Under the pieces are notes generated by a model. It was not told where the DNA came from and did not search any database. It saw only the letters and a program-made list of their open reading frames with translations. A DNA stretch of 64,000 nucleotides from Candidatus Poseidoniaceae archaeon (lineage in GTDB: Archaea > Thermoplasmatota > Poseidoniia > Poseidoniales > Poseidoniaceae). The position numbers and the translations under genes are program-made. The stretch is from positions 49,136 to 113,135 of the forward strand of contig CASICQ010000003.1 of assembly GCA_949373235.1 (NCBI GenBank), given 5' to 3'. How positions within the stretch are numbered: the first letter of the stretch is position 1; every line of letters begins with the position of its first letter. This document shows positions 27,862 through 38,162 of this stretch, piece by piece.

Positions 27862-28200
27862 TCACTGGGGGGTGGTGGCCAAAATTTTCCGATCGCGATC
27901 AAGAGCGTGACGCCATCGGGCCAGGCGACCTCCATTGCCTGACAGAGCGACGATTCGCGTTGGCGAAGCAACGTCGATCATCATCCGGTTTTCACCTTCA
28001 CACCATGCTTCGTACACCGCCCCCAATCCGAGGGCATCGGCTGATTCCAAAGCAGCAGAAATCACATCGACTGCGTGTTCAAATGGGGGGATTAGCCCTT
28101 CATCGCCTACGCTTGCCAACAAGGTCCCACTGTCGTCGATCAACATAGCGTGTTGAACGCCATCAAGGCGATACAATCCGGCCAGCGTGCGTTGCAACAT
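27862..28200 (-). CDS. Roadblock/LC7 (MglB-like) domain protein
   Basis: LYRLDGVQHAMLIDDSGTLLASVGDEG...ALGLGAVYEAWCEGENRMMIDVASPTRIVALSGNGG fits the Roadblock/LC7 pattern in a 112-aa protein. It lies 9 nt upstream of the coiled-coil gene. Confidence 0.65.
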   Translation of the reverse strand: MLQRTLAGLYRLDGVQHAMLIDDSGTLLASVGDEGLIPPFEHAVDVISAALESADALGLGAVYEAWCEGENRMMIDVASPTRIVALSGNGGRLARWRHALDRDRKILATTPQ

Positions 28201-28540
28201 GGATGCTCAAACCTTTCGTCAGCGTTGTGGGCTTCAAGAAGTTTTGTGCTGCCATCCCCCTAAAGGGGGATTTGAAGACCAAAATCAATTTCCCAACTGG
28301 ATTTCGATAAAACAAGGTCGCGGAAGCCCTTTCTTTGCCTCTTTTCCGCGCATATATTTGCCCCCTGAAACCTGAATATTTCATGGAATCTGGACCCCAG
28401 ATCGCATATTTCACTGCTCATTCGTCAATTGAAAAATTAAATCTTCAATTGGGAATTTCTACTTACTCAAACCAGCAAAACCAGCCGATGGTTGCATCGC
28501 GAAGCGGGGAGTTCAAACCTAAGCCGCACCCCGCAAGGGT

Positions 28541-29533
28541 ATGGCAGAGGAGTCGGAGCAGGGGTTTAGCATCCCTCAATGCGACAGTTGTTCCCGGCCA
28601 GCCGTGCTTGAACAGGCGTATTCTGGACGGATTTTGTGCAACGAGCACATGGCCAAATCGGTAAGGAAAAAAATCGCAAAGGAACTTCGCCAACAACTGG
28701 TGTTGCCGAAAGACAAAAACACGACAATTTTCGTTGCCATCTCAGGTGGCAAGGATTCTGCGGTTCTGCTTGACAGCCTCGTCGACTTAATCGGAGAACG
28801 CCCCGATGTACGAATTGTTGCAGGAACCGTCGACGAGGGCATCGAAGGGTACCGTCCACCATCGCTTGACTGCGCTCAAGAACTCTGCGACCGATTGGGT
28901 GTTGAATTCATCACTGTTTCTTACCCTGAACTGAGTTTCAAGGAAATGGACGAAGTGGCTCGGCGGATACCTGGTTTGTTGGAAACCAACCCAAGTGCGC
29001 CTCGCCTACCATGCTCGTACTGCGGTGTGTTCAGGCGCCAAGGCATCAACCACTTAGCCGATCGAATTGACGCTGACATCATTGCCCTTGGCCACAACCT
29101 CGACGACATGGCTCAAACGGTCTTGATGAACATGACCAACGGCGATCTTGACCGAACCTTGCGCCTCGCCCCTCATACCTCAACCGTTGTTGAAGGGATG
29201 GCCCCGCGAATTGTCCCCCTTCGATGGATCCCCGAACAAGAAGTCCACCTTTACGCCCTCCACCGAGAACTACCCCTTCATCACGAGGAGTGCCCTCATG
29301 CCGAAGGTGCTCTGCGTTGGCGTCACCGGGAGATGGTGGCTCAAATGGAAGCCGATTCGCCAGGCACGAGGCATGGCTTGCTTCGAATGGCAGACAACAT
29401 CAAAGCGTTGAGGCATCGATCCCCCGAGGAAGGCTCGAAGATTGCCCCCCCGACCCCATGCCCTGCATGCGGCGCGATGACATCTGGAACACAATGCAAA
29501 GCATGTGACTTCAGAGCGCTGTTAAACGACTGA
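28541..29533 (+). CDS. ncsA: tRNA thiolation PP-loop ATPase, Ncs6/NcsA/TtcA family
   Basis: An N-terminal zinc ribbon (CDSC...CNEH) precedes the PP-loop AISGGKDSAV. CSYCGVFRR and a C-terminal CPACG...CKAC zinc finger are also present. Confidence 0.8.
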   Translation: MAEESEQGFSIPQCDSCSRPAVLEQAYSGRILCNEHMAKSVRKKIAKELRQQLVLPKDKNTTIFVAISGGKDSAVLLDSLVDLIGERPDVRIVAGTVDEGIEGYRPPSLDCAQELCDRLGVEFITVSYPELSFKEMDEVARRIPGLLETNPSAPRLPCSYCGVFRRQGINHLADRIDADIIALGHNLDDMAQTVLMNMTNGDLDRTLRLAPHTSTVVEGMAPRIVPLRWIPEQEVHLYALHRELPLHHEECPHAEGALRWRHREMVAQMEADSPGTRHGLLRMADNIKALRHRSPEEGSKIAPPTPCPACGAMTSGTQCKACDFRALLND

Positions 29534-30010
29534 TCAAAGTGCATTCTTGACCAATTCGTCAAGATCCTGCGGTCTGCCACAATAATGGCAGCGGAGGTGC
29601 AACGGATCTCGGCTGACGACCCGCAACCTGTGAGGTTGAGGTTCTCGGGCGTTGGTGGTGATGCAGTTTGAAAAGGTGCAACGAACGACATTGACAACCT
29701 CGTCACCGAGGTTAATGGACAACTTTTCAGCAACCACATAGGCACGAATGATGGCCACGTGAGCATCTGGTGCGACAAGAGCGAGGCGATCTAATTCCCC
29801 TTGGGTAAGTTCACGGTCTTCGACCTTGATGATGTCCTTTGATCCGAGTTTCTTGGAAGGGACGTTCATCACGAGGGACACTGGGACCGAAGTCTCGCCT
29901 GCAATACCAAGCATTTCGAGGACTCGGAGTGCTTGACCAGATGGTACGTGGTCGATGACGGTCCCGTTGCGGATTGCAGTTACACGGCGCATGCTCTGTT
30001 CGTTGGACAT
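29534..30010 (-). CDS. pyrI: Aspartate carbamoyltransferase regulatory subunit
   Basis: RVTAIRNGTVIDHVP plus the C-terminal zinc domain CTFSNCITTN...CHYCGR are present. The gene lies directly downstream of pyrB with a 1-nt overlap. Confidence 0.9.
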   Translation of the reverse strand: MSNEQSMRRVTAIRNGTVIDHVPSGQALRVLEMLGIAGETSVPVSLVMNVPSKKLGSKDIIKVEDRELTQGELDRLALVAPDAHVAIIRAYVVAEKLSINLGDEVVNVVRCTFSNCITTNAREPQPHRLRVVSRDPLHLRCHYCGRPQDLDELVKNAL

Positions 30011-30996
30011 TACAACACCCTCCCTGCCGATGCGACGTCTTCAGGAACCGGAACGCCAAGTAATTTGCAAAGCAGCGCCATTCGGGCTACAACGCCATTG
30101 AACGCTTGTTCGAAGTACCGTGCATGCCTTGTGACGTCAACCGACGGGTCAATCTCATCGACACGTGGCAGAGGGTGCATGATGATCATGTCCCCTTTCA
30201 CATCCCCAAGGTGCTTGGCGTGAAGCTTGTAAGCGCCCGCACATCGAGCGTATTCATCTTCATCAGCAAATCGCTCTTTTTGGATTCGCGTCATGTAGAT
30301 GACATCGGCATCGTTGATGCAGCCGTAAAGGTCCTCTGTTTCGACTACATTGGACCCGTGTTCTCGCAAATCTGAAACGATTTCTGCAGGCATTCGCAAA
30401 AGCGATGGGCTTGCAAAAATCAATTCACAGCCAAAACGAGTCAAAGCATGCGAGAGGGAATGGACGGTTCGCCCGTAGCGGAGATCGCCTGCCAGGACCA
30501 CCTTGAGGCCGTCAAGACGACCGTGTGCTTGTCGGATGGTAAACAGATCAAGCATCGTTTGTGTAGGATGGTTACCAGCGCCGTCTCCGCCGTTGAGAAT
30601 GGGGACTCTCGCTGCGTCCTGTGCGTATTGAGCCGCTCCCTGGCGTGGATGGCGCATGGCAATAATGTCAGTGTATCCGTCGACCATTTGAATCGTGTCA
30701 AACAGGGTCTCGCCCTTGACAACTGATGAAGTCTTGACGTCGCCAAGGTTGACCACACCGCCACCGAGGCGCTTCATTGCGGTCTCGAAGGACATGCGGG
30801 TTCGGGTGCTTGGTTCAAAAAACAAGTTCCCCATAATGCGTCCTTGCAACAAAGGGAGGTGCATTTCACCTCGGGCCACTGGCAGGAGGCGTTCTGCATC
30901 GTCCAAAATGCTGAGGATTTCCTCATTCGTCAAGTCGTCCATTGTGATGAGACCGGTCATTGATACTCCTCTTCCTTCCAAGCGGGTGAATGACAC
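30010..30996 (-). CDS. pyrB: Aspartate carbamoyltransferase catalytic subunit
   Basis: STRTR (carbamoyl-phosphate binding), HPTQ and HPLP motifs are present. Confidence 0.92.
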   Translation of the reverse strand: MSFTRLEGRGVSMTGLITMDDLTNEEILSILDDAERLLPVARGEMHLPLLQGRIMGNLFFEPSTRTRMSFETAMKRLGGGVVNLGDVKTSSVVKGETLFDTIQMVDGYTDIIAMRHPRQGAAQYAQDAARVPILNGGDGAGNHPTQTMLDLFTIRQAHGRLDGLKVVLAGDLRYGRTVHSLSHALTRFGCELIFASPSLLRMPAEIVSDLREHGSNVVETEDLYGCINDADVIYMTRIQKERFADEDEYARCAGAYKLHAKHLGDVKGDMIIMHPLPRVDEIDPSVDVTRHARYFEQAFNGVVARMALLCKLLGVPVPEDVASAGRVL

Positions 30997-31109
30997 TCAT
31001 GAACATTCCCGTCATGCCGGTTGAAGTTTGCATAGGGTTTGGAACCTACTTTCCCCGAAGGAGCACCGACTTTTCAGAATCATAACAGCGGAGTGATTAT
31101 GACCATTGT

Positions 31110-32888
31110 GTGGAAGTCGAATGCATGGTGGACGCTTGGGCTGATGTTGAAACGGCTATTGAGTCCGCTATCAAGCAACGTCAACAACGGCTCGAACGAT
31201 TGACATCCACCTCGGCCCTGCTGCTCCTGAGTGGAGCGCTATGGCTGATGTGGCCAAACCTCAACGCCGCAATACTCGGGGAATCTGGATTGCTCAAGGG
31301 CCTTGGTTTCCCACTCCTGATCATTGTATGGGGCCTCATCATCCAAGACTTAGCAGTCGATGATGCCCGGGCAAGAACCCGTGTCGGTTCTGCAGCAAGC
31401 GTTCTTTGGCCTGTGCTTCTTATCATTGCGGCCCAAGCCCTCGATGTTTCCAACCTCAGCATGGTTGCAGGGAGCGTTCTGCTCACAGGGGTTGCCTTTT
31501 CATGCCTCAGCGCTTCTAAATCAATCCTTCAGGGAGGGTTGGATGTTCTGCGATGGCGGGCCATTATGACTGGGCTCGGCACGGTTATTGCGATCTCGCT
31601 CTTCGCTGGCAACACGCCTGAATCGATGACCAATGAATGGCTGGCCTGTATCGTCACTATGGCGTTTGGCGTTGGCTTGACCGGCTATGTTTGGTTCGTC
31701 GGTGACGACCAGCGTGCAAATCGAAAGAAATTCAGCCGACGATTGGACTCACTGGAGGTTCAACTTTTGGAACTCAAAGCAAACGGTGCAGCGGTGGACC
31801 AAGCTTCCAGTTTGATCATGACGGCCCGCGAAGAAGGCCACGTGGAACCCCTTCACGGCATGGAACTCCTCAATCAAGCAGAAGATGAAATGGAACGTGC
31901 GCTCTCCCTTTCTGGTGACGTTGAAGCAATCCGCGATGATGCAAGGGCCAGCATGGAGCAGGCTGAAGCCATCGCTCCAACAGCAAAACGGCCACGGAAA
32001 TCCTTCGACATGGGTGAAAGGGAAGTCAAACTTGGTTCGTTACGAGAGGGCGAACTCCTCTTCCGACAATCAAAAAAATACGCTCATGAAATCATTGAGT
32101 GGTGGGGGGTTGCTGAGAAAGCAATCGCCGAAGCGAGCCGTCAACTTCAACAAAAAGAAGGTGAAGGTGTTGAACATTTGAAGGAAATGCTTGCGGACGC
32201 CCGCAAGAAGTTGGCATCAGAAGCACCAAAGAAAGCCTACGAATTTGCTGTTGTGATTCCAGTTCAACTCGCTGCGGATGACGATGCATTAGGCAAAGCA
32301 GCCTTGTCGCTCAAAGAAGCAAATAGACAGTTAAAGCAAACTGATGGTTTAGACACCAGTGCAATGACACAACGCCTCGCACAAGCTGAAGAAGCACTCG
32401 AAGCCGGCAACGCAGGACAAGCCATCGGGTTGGCCGACGGTGTGGTACGTTCCATCGTTCAAGAACGTGAGGCAATGGACAATGTTCAGCGGGCGCTGCG
32501 CCAGCGAAAAAAGCTCATTTCTCAATATCAAGACCGAGACGATGAGACCGATTGGACAGAACGCCTAACGGCGATTGAACAAGCGGCGGATGCACGAAAG
32601 TGGAGCGAAGCCTCTGATTTGTTGAGCGCTATGAACCAAGACCTCGACAAAGAAGGCAAGGCGAGCGAAGAAGCGCTCGAACTGTACGACTTTGTTATGG
32701 ATGAATGGCGGATTCTTCGCAACCAGAGTGAAGCGATTGGAATCAAGGTCGAGGATGACGATCGCAGATTGACCGAGCAAGCCATTGCAGAAGCTGGAGA
32801 CGCATTGAGCGTTGGTCGCATCGAGGATTGTTTAGAGCACCTCGGTTCTGCAGACGCCTCTATGGAACGGTTGCGCCGGCGTATTTGA
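31110..32888 (+). CDS. Membrane protein with 5-6 N-terminal TM helices and a long alpha-helical/coiled-coil cytoplasmic domain, hypothetical
   Basis: Hydrophobic helices span residues about 30-210. A charged helical region with heptad character follows. The track start is a GTG; the first ATG is at 31125. Confidence 0.45.
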   Translation: MEVECMVDAWADVETAIESAIKQRQQRLERLTSTSALLLLSGALWLMWPNLNAAILGESGLLKGLGFPLLIIVWGLIIQDLAVDDARARTRVGSAASVLWPVLLIIAAQALDVSNLSMVAGSVLLTGVAFSCLSASKSILQGGLDVLRWRAIMTGLGTVIAISLFAGNTPESMTNEWLACIVTMAFGVGLTGYVWFVGDDQRANRKKFSRRLDSLEVQLLELKANGAAVDQASSLIMTAREEGHVEPLHGMELLNQAEDEMERALSLSGDVEAIRDDARASMEQAEAIAPTAKRPRKSFDMGEREVKLGSLREGELLFRQSKKYAHEIIEWWGVAEKAIAEASRQLQQKEGEGVEHLKEMLADARKKLASEAPKKAYEFAVVIPVQLAADDDALGKAALSLKEANRQLKQTDGLDTSAMTQRLAQAEEALEAGNAGQAIGLADGVVRSIVQEREAMDNVQRALRQRKKLISQYQDRDDETDWTERLTAIEQAADARKWSEASDLLSAMNQDLDKEGKASEEALELYDFVMDEWRILRNQSEAIGIKVEDDDRRLTEQAIAEAGDALSVGRIEDCLEHLGSADASMERLRRRI

Positions 32889-32894
32889 TGCGTC

Positions 32895-35447
32895 TTAGAG
32901 ATCGATGAGCCCTTTGGCCTTGATCGACTGGAAATCCATTCCGCCTGGGAAACCGAGGTCGACAGGCATACCACCAACCGTGACGATGATGCCAGTGAGA
33001 TGAAGATGAAGACCAACTGGGAAGGTTGAGGGATCGACCTTGGACAACATCTTCCATCCGTTCTGCCCTTTTTTAGAGGCGATGGTAAGTTGATTCGAAT
33101 CACCATGGAGGAACCAAGCATTCGCCCTCCAAGCATGTTGTTTAAGCCCCTTTTTGTGGAAGGCTGGAGGGGGCGCTACGACGTGGACTTTGCTCCAATA
33201 CTCATCGATGCTCTGCTCGGATTCTGTAATCCATTCCAATTCGGTTAATTCGCTTGGGCAAACTGGAGTCAAGCCCATTCGGGACAAATGGCCAAACAAA
33301 GCCCTCAGGTGCGGATGTCGGCCATGTTCGGCCAGCATGGTTTCCGCTGTTGCCACTGCGGTGTTCACTCGACCTGCATCAAGGTGCAACAAGCATCGAA
33401 CGACTTCCCCGTGAACCCATAAATCAATTTCGTTCGTTTTAATGAAACGCTCAAGCAAATCAAGAGCATCTTCGCTTTCTCTCGCCAAGCGCATTCGGGC
33501 GATATCGCCCAGCAAAAAGAGCCGCCCTGCTGGAGAGTCGACGTACTTCAGATCGCTTCTGCTTGTACCCGTTTGAAACCGCTTGACAAGGTCTATGTTT
33601 CGGCGCATGATGCTGTCCATAGACAACTGAGGCTTGAAACGGTCATCGAGTGGTTTTAATTTCGTGCTGAACAACGAAGCAGCCCATTTAATTCGGACGG
33701 TCTCGATGTTATCATCAGGCAGCAGTGGCAGTCGAGGCCTCGCTTCTGCAAAATCTCGTTGTGCCAAACTTGCGGCTGCAAGAATCAATCGGGCCAATTC
33801 TGCTTGCTTGCCCCCCTGGTATGCAATCAGTGAAATAGCGTTTTCTTCGGCATCGTTCCATCGGCTGAAACCAGCGTACAGCGTCATAACCGCAGCCGTT
33901 TTACGACCGAGGCTGACGGCGTCGAGATCCTTACCGTGACCCTGCAGGACTGTATCGAGTTGTTTCAGGGCTTTGACCCATTCATCTTGAGCCACCAAAG
34001 TGGTAAGTGGTTGCTGCTTGAGGTAGATGATATCTTCCATTTCGGTGAACTGTTGCCGTTCTTCTCCAACAGCAGCATCAAAGGTAATGTCTTCAATCTT
34101 AGAGCCGACTCGAAGCGAACTTACCCAGATGGCTAGGAAGGCAATTTGACCACCCGAAGCCAACATCCACGTTAATTCTTCAAGTCCTTCTTTTGTGAGC
34201 ACACTGCAAACTGTCGATTCCCATGTGCCGCATTGAGTGGTTTGAGGAAGAAAACTTGAATCCCAAAATGTAATCATGGCAAGCGCCAAGAGAAGCATGG
34301 ATTGACCGGCGAAGCCAGTGAAGCAAAAATTCAGAACCTTTGCTTGTTGGGAGCGTTCAGCCCTAAGCAAGCGGCTGTCTGCCAATTTAATTCCACCCTT
34401 CCCCGATACATCCTGCACGTTCAAGAACAGGATGTGTGCAACTTCGGAGACAAAGAGAAAACCGATGATGGCCACGTTGAGCAAGAGGAACAGAAGCACC
34501 ATAGAAACAATTGGGACCCGAATGCCATCGATTGGAATGTAAGAAAAGAGCTCGATTAAACCGAAACCAAGCAAACCACCTTCCTCCATGAAGGTTTCTT
34601 GAGGCCTATACTCTGGAAGGTTGAGCACGCGGTCTGAGTGAACCAATAAGTTCGAATCCACCAACAACACAAGGAGGGAAAGCAATGTGTTGAGCGCAAC
34701 AAAGGGCATAATGATAAGGTTGAAATTAACAAATTGTGCTAAGATTTGCTGTCGAGCGTTTGGAGCGTGATTATGGAAAGGTGAAATTTCCCCAATGGCG
34801 GTCTTTTTTGATGATTGGCGAAGGGCTTGCCATGATGACCCGAGGATACGTCCGTAGGCGAGCGCCGAAGGGGAAAATAGCGTTAAAGAAGCAATGCTGA
34901 ACCGTCTAGAATCGGATACGCCGGCATGGCCTAAAGCCATGTAAAGACCACACACAACGGCCAACCAAAACAAAAGCAGGTAGACATAATTGTAAGTGCG
35001 CGCCAAACTTGAACTTTGAAGGGTGGCTCGATCTTGTCGAATTGGTTTCAGAACTTGCGTTCCCAAGGAAGATGCACTCGACACAAGGGCGGGCAAAGCG
35101 ATGAACATCAAGGCAACAGAAAGCGAAGGTGTGTGGTACCCAGAAGAAATATCAAATTGAGTGAGAACGAACTCAAACAAGAGGATCAAAACCCCAACAA
35201 GGGCGAAGAGGTATGTTATGACTCCGAACTTCATGCCTGGAGCGCGCAGCAATTCACGAGCATCGGTCACTGTGTGCGTCACCTGATGGACTTCGTAGGA
35301 TAATTCTCCTGTTTCAAAAGCGACTTGCAATCCACGCAACTGGCGGGGAACAATTTTGGCCCAAAACATCCATGCCGTCAATCCTGCCAGCAAGAGAGGG
35401 ATGATGGCAACAGAAGGAAATCCGTCGATGATAGGGGGTGCTGCCAT
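32895..35447 (-). CDS. Large polytopic integral membrane protein (850 aa), hypothetical
   Basis: There are more than 12 hydrophobic segments. No recognisable catalytic motif was seen. Confidence 0.45.
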   Translation of the reverse strand: MAAPPIIDGFPSVAIIPLLLAGLTAWMFWAKIVPRQLRGLQVAFETGELSYEVHQVTHTVTDARELLRAPGMKFGVITYLFALVGVLILLFEFVLTQFDISSGYHTPSLSVALMFIALPALVSSASSLGTQVLKPIRQDRATLQSSSLARTYNYVYLLLFWLAVVCGLYMALGHAGVSDSRRFSIASLTLFSPSALAYGRILGSSWQALRQSSKKTAIGEISPFHNHAPNARQQILAQFVNFNLIIMPFVALNTLLSLLVLLVDSNLLVHSDRVLNLPEYRPQETFMEEGGLLGFGLIELFSYIPIDGIRVPIVSMVLLFLLLNVAIIGFLFVSEVAHILFLNVQDVSGKGGIKLADSRLLRAERSQQAKVLNFCFTGFAGQSMLLLALAMITFWDSSFLPQTTQCGTWESTVCSVLTKEGLEELTWMLASGGQIAFLAIWVSSLRVGSKIEDITFDAAVGEERQQFTEMEDIIYLKQQPLTTLVAQDEWVKALKQLDTVLQGHGKDLDAVSLGRKTAAVMTLYAGFSRWNDAEENAISLIAYQGGKQAELARLILAAASLAQRDFAEARPRLPLLPDDNIETVRIKWAASLFSTKLKPLDDRFKPQLSMDSIMRRNIDLVKRFQTGTSRSDLKYVDSPAGRLFLLGDIARMRLARESEDALDLLERFIKTNEIDLWVHGEVVRCLLHLDAGRVNTAVATAETMLAEHGRHPHLRALFGHLSRMGLTPVCPSELTELEWITESEQSIDEYWSKVHVVAPPPAFHKKGLKQHAWRANAWFLHGDSNQLTIASKKGQNGWKMLSKVDPSTFPVGLHLHLTGIIVTVGGMPVDLGFPGGMDFQSIKAKGLIDL

Positions 35448-35460
35448 GGTGATTCCTCGT

Positions 35461-37488
35461 TCAATTTTCGGGTTCTACGACAACAAGCGACGGCTGTGCA
35501 GCCTTCATCTTAATTTCATCCACCAAGGCGTGAACGAATTCGTCGAGTCCCATGCCACTGATTTGATCGCCATTTCGGGCTCGAAGGCTCACAGTTCGCC
35601 CTTCTGCTTCACCGTCACCAACGATCACCATGTAGGCAGGTTGTAATTTCCGATGGTTTCGGATTTTCTTGCCGATGGTATCATCGCCATCATCGACTTC
35701 GACCCGAATTTCACGTGATCTGAGGGCTTGTGCCACTTCCTCTGCGTACGCCTTGTGTTTCTCAGAGATGGTAATGATGTGGACCTGAGTTGGCGTCAAC
35801 CATGTTGGGAATTTACCTGCAAAGTGTTCGATGAGGACACCACAGAACCGTTCCATGGACCCGAACGGGGCGCGGTGGATGACCACCGGACGATGGATTT
35901 CCCCATCGTTCCCTTTGTACTCTAAGCCAAACCGTTCAGGGAGGTTGTAATCCACTTGAACCGTACCAAGTTGCCATTCTCGCCCGATAACATCCTTGAC
36001 CACAAAGTCAATTTTAGGCCCATAAAACGCTGCTTCACCTTCTTCTTCTGACCAATTGACTCCGAGGGATTTTGCGGCTGCTCTGCACGCTTCTTCGGCT
36101 TTATCCCAACGCTCTGGTTCACCAACATACTTGTCAGAATCTGAGTCGCGTAACCCGACTCGGACGCGGTAATCGGTCATCCCTAACTTCTCAAAGATGA
36201 TTTGAACAAGCTCGATGCAACCAAGCACTTCACCAGCAATTTGATCTTCTGTGACAAACAGATGGGCGTCGTCTTGAGTAAAGCCCCGGACGCGAGTTAA
36301 ACCTGAAATTTCACCCGATTGTTCCCAGCGGTAAACGGTTCCAAATTCAGCAAGCCGAAGGGGAAGGTCTCGATAGGAACGTTGTTGGGAGGCGTAAATT
36401 TTGATGTGATGAGGGCAATTCATTGGTTTGAGCATGTACCCGTCGATGTCACCCGATTTCATGAGGTTGGCAAGTTCCCCGCACGTGCATCCTTCATCAG
36501 CCAGTTTCTTCATCAAATCCCGTTCCACAAGGGGCGGGTATTGAGAGTCTTGGTAGTATGGGAAGTGGCCAGAGGTGCGGTAAAGATCGAGTTTACCAAC
36601 GTGGGGCGTGAAGACTTGCGAGTACCCTTGTCGGCGCAGGTGGAAGGAGATGAAATCCTGCAACTCTTGGCGAATAATGGCGCCCCTAGGAGTCCACAAA
36701 ATCAAGCCTTGGCCAACTTCTTCATCGATATGAAACAACTGCAGGTCCTTGCCAAGTTTCCGGTGATCTCGCTTTTTAGCTTCCTCAAGGCGCGTCAAGG
36801 TCGCCCTGAGGGCTTCCTTCGAAGGCTCAACAATGCCGTAAATTCGAACGAGTTGTTCACGGTCTTGATCGCCACGCCAGTAAGCGGAAGAAACACTGGT
36901 CAATTTGACATTCATCAACCTCGAAGTGTTGGGAACGTGGGGGCCCAAGCACAAATCGTACCATTCATCTTGTTTGTAAATCGTGGAGCCGCCCCCGTCT
37001 TCGATCTTATCGTTGATGATTTCCAACTTGTAGGGGTTGTCTGCGAAGTGGTCTTGCAATTCTGCTTCTGAAAGTTCGACGCGCTCGACTGTGAAGTTTT
37101 TGCGAGCCAATTCTTGCATTTTCTTTTGAATTGGCTTGAGGTCCGATTCGGTGATGGCTTCCATTGCAAAGTCGTAGTAGAACCCACGGTCAATCGCTGG
37201 GCCAATGGTTGGTTTGGCACCGGGATAGAGGGCCATCACGGCTTGGGCCAGCAAGTGGGCTGCGCTGTGCCTCAAGATATGGATGCCATCGTTGGAATCT
37301 GTGAGGATTCCTTCGACATTACAATCCGAATCGATGAGGGTTGACAAGTCGCAATCAACACCGTCAATTCGTGCAGCAAGGCACCCGTGCTTGCGGCCCA
37401 GTGCATCGGTAATGACCTCTGCGCAGGTGATGCCTGCAGCGTACTCGTTAACCGTTCCATCGGGCAGAGTGACGTGAATGAGTGCCAT
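35461..37488 (-). CDS. thrS: Threonyl-tRNA synthetase (bacterial-type, N-terminal TGS and editing domains)
   Basis: The TGS domain starts MALIHVTLPDGT. The editing-domain HxxxH region is HSAAHLL. Class II motifs and a C-terminal anticodon-binding domain are present. Confidence 0.92.
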   Translation of the reverse strand: MALIHVTLPDGTVNEYAAGITCAEVITDALGRKHGCLAARIDGVDCDLSTLIDSDCNVEGILTDSNDGIHILRHSAAHLLAQAVMALYPGAKPTIGPAIDRGFYYDFAMEAITESDLKPIQKKMQELARKNFTVERVELSEAELQDHFADNPYKLEIINDKIEDGGGSTIYKQDEWYDLCLGPHVPNTSRLMNVKLTSVSSAYWRGDQDREQLVRIYGIVEPSKEALRATLTRLEEAKKRDHRKLGKDLQLFHIDEEVGQGLILWTPRGAIIRQELQDFISFHLRRQGYSQVFTPHVGKLDLYRTSGHFPYYQDSQYPPLVERDLMKKLADEGCTCGELANLMKSGDIDGYMLKPMNCPHHIKIYASQQRSYRDLPLRLAEFGTVYRWEQSGEISGLTRVRGFTQDDAHLFVTEDQIAGEVLGCIELVQIIFEKLGMTDYRVRVGLRDSDSDKYVGEPERWDKAEEACRAAAKSLGVNWSEEEGEAAFYGPKIDFVVKDVIGREWQLGTVQVDYNLPERFGLEYKGNDGEIHRPVVIHRAPFGSMERFCGVLIEHFAGKFPTWLTPTQVHIITISEKHKAYAEEVAQALRSREIRVEVDDGDDTIGKKIRNHRKLQPAYMVIVGDGEAEGRTVSLRARNGDQISGMGLDEFVHALVDEIKMKAAQPSLVVVEPEN

Positions 37489-37589
37489 GGTGCTTACTCC
37501 TCAACCCCTATGGGGTTGCTTCTCCCTCATCAAACCACCACTCTTTCCATGTCCAAAAAGGGCTTCGTGAGCGTGGAAGGACGCAGCCA

Positions 37590-38162
37590 TCACCAAGGGA
37601 ATTTGAGGTTCCAATAAATTCCATCGAAAAGAATGCATTGGATGCCGAGTAAAATCGACCCGATGAGCATGGCTCTCCCACCTTGGACACCGTCTCGGTA
37701 GGCGGAATAGGCAAGCAAACCCATCAAAATGTTTCCAATGCAGGCCAGCATTAAGATGCCGATCACCAAAAATGGGGTCCAGCTGTAATCGTGGTCAATG
37801 TGGTAAATTGTAGCTTCCAGCCACAGTGCGCTTGGGATGACCAACAGTGCAAACGCCAACAACAACCGCCCCCCACCGTGACCGTTTGATTCGCCCCATG
37901 GCCATCGCAAGTCAGCGATGACGCTGGCCTCGTTTTGGTACAAAATAATCCACCAGTACATCAGGAAACCGAACGCTGCAAGGAACATGAAGGGAACGAT
38001 AAATTGCGCCTGAGACCATGCGATTCCACCCCAGAGTGCAGCTGTATCGGAGGCATGAGAGACGCCGTAACCGTATGAGACAAGCACCATTGTGCCAAAG
38101 ATGAAAATGAAGAGACGTAAGAAACGACGGGAGACTTCCATACCTTTCGCAGGTGGACTCAA
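37590..38162 (-). CDS. Small polytopic membrane protein (about 5 TM), hypothetical
   Basis: Evidence is hydrophobicity pattern only. Confidence 0.4.
   Translation of the reverse strand: MSPPAKGMEVSRRFLRLFIFIFGTMVLVSYGYGVSHASDTAALWGGIAWSQAQFIVPFMFLAAFGFLMYWWIILYQNEASVIADLRWPWGESNGHGGGRLLLAFALLVIPSALWLEATIYHIDHDYSWTPFLVIGILMLACIGNILMGLLAYSAYRDGVQGGRAMLIGSILLGIQCILFDGIYWNLKFPW

Noticed and set aside
28163-28414. 83-aa ORF on the minus strand inside the long divergent intergenic region
   Set aside because: It overlaps the Roadblock gene start. It is basic and low-complexity, with no start or RBS context, and was judged spurious.
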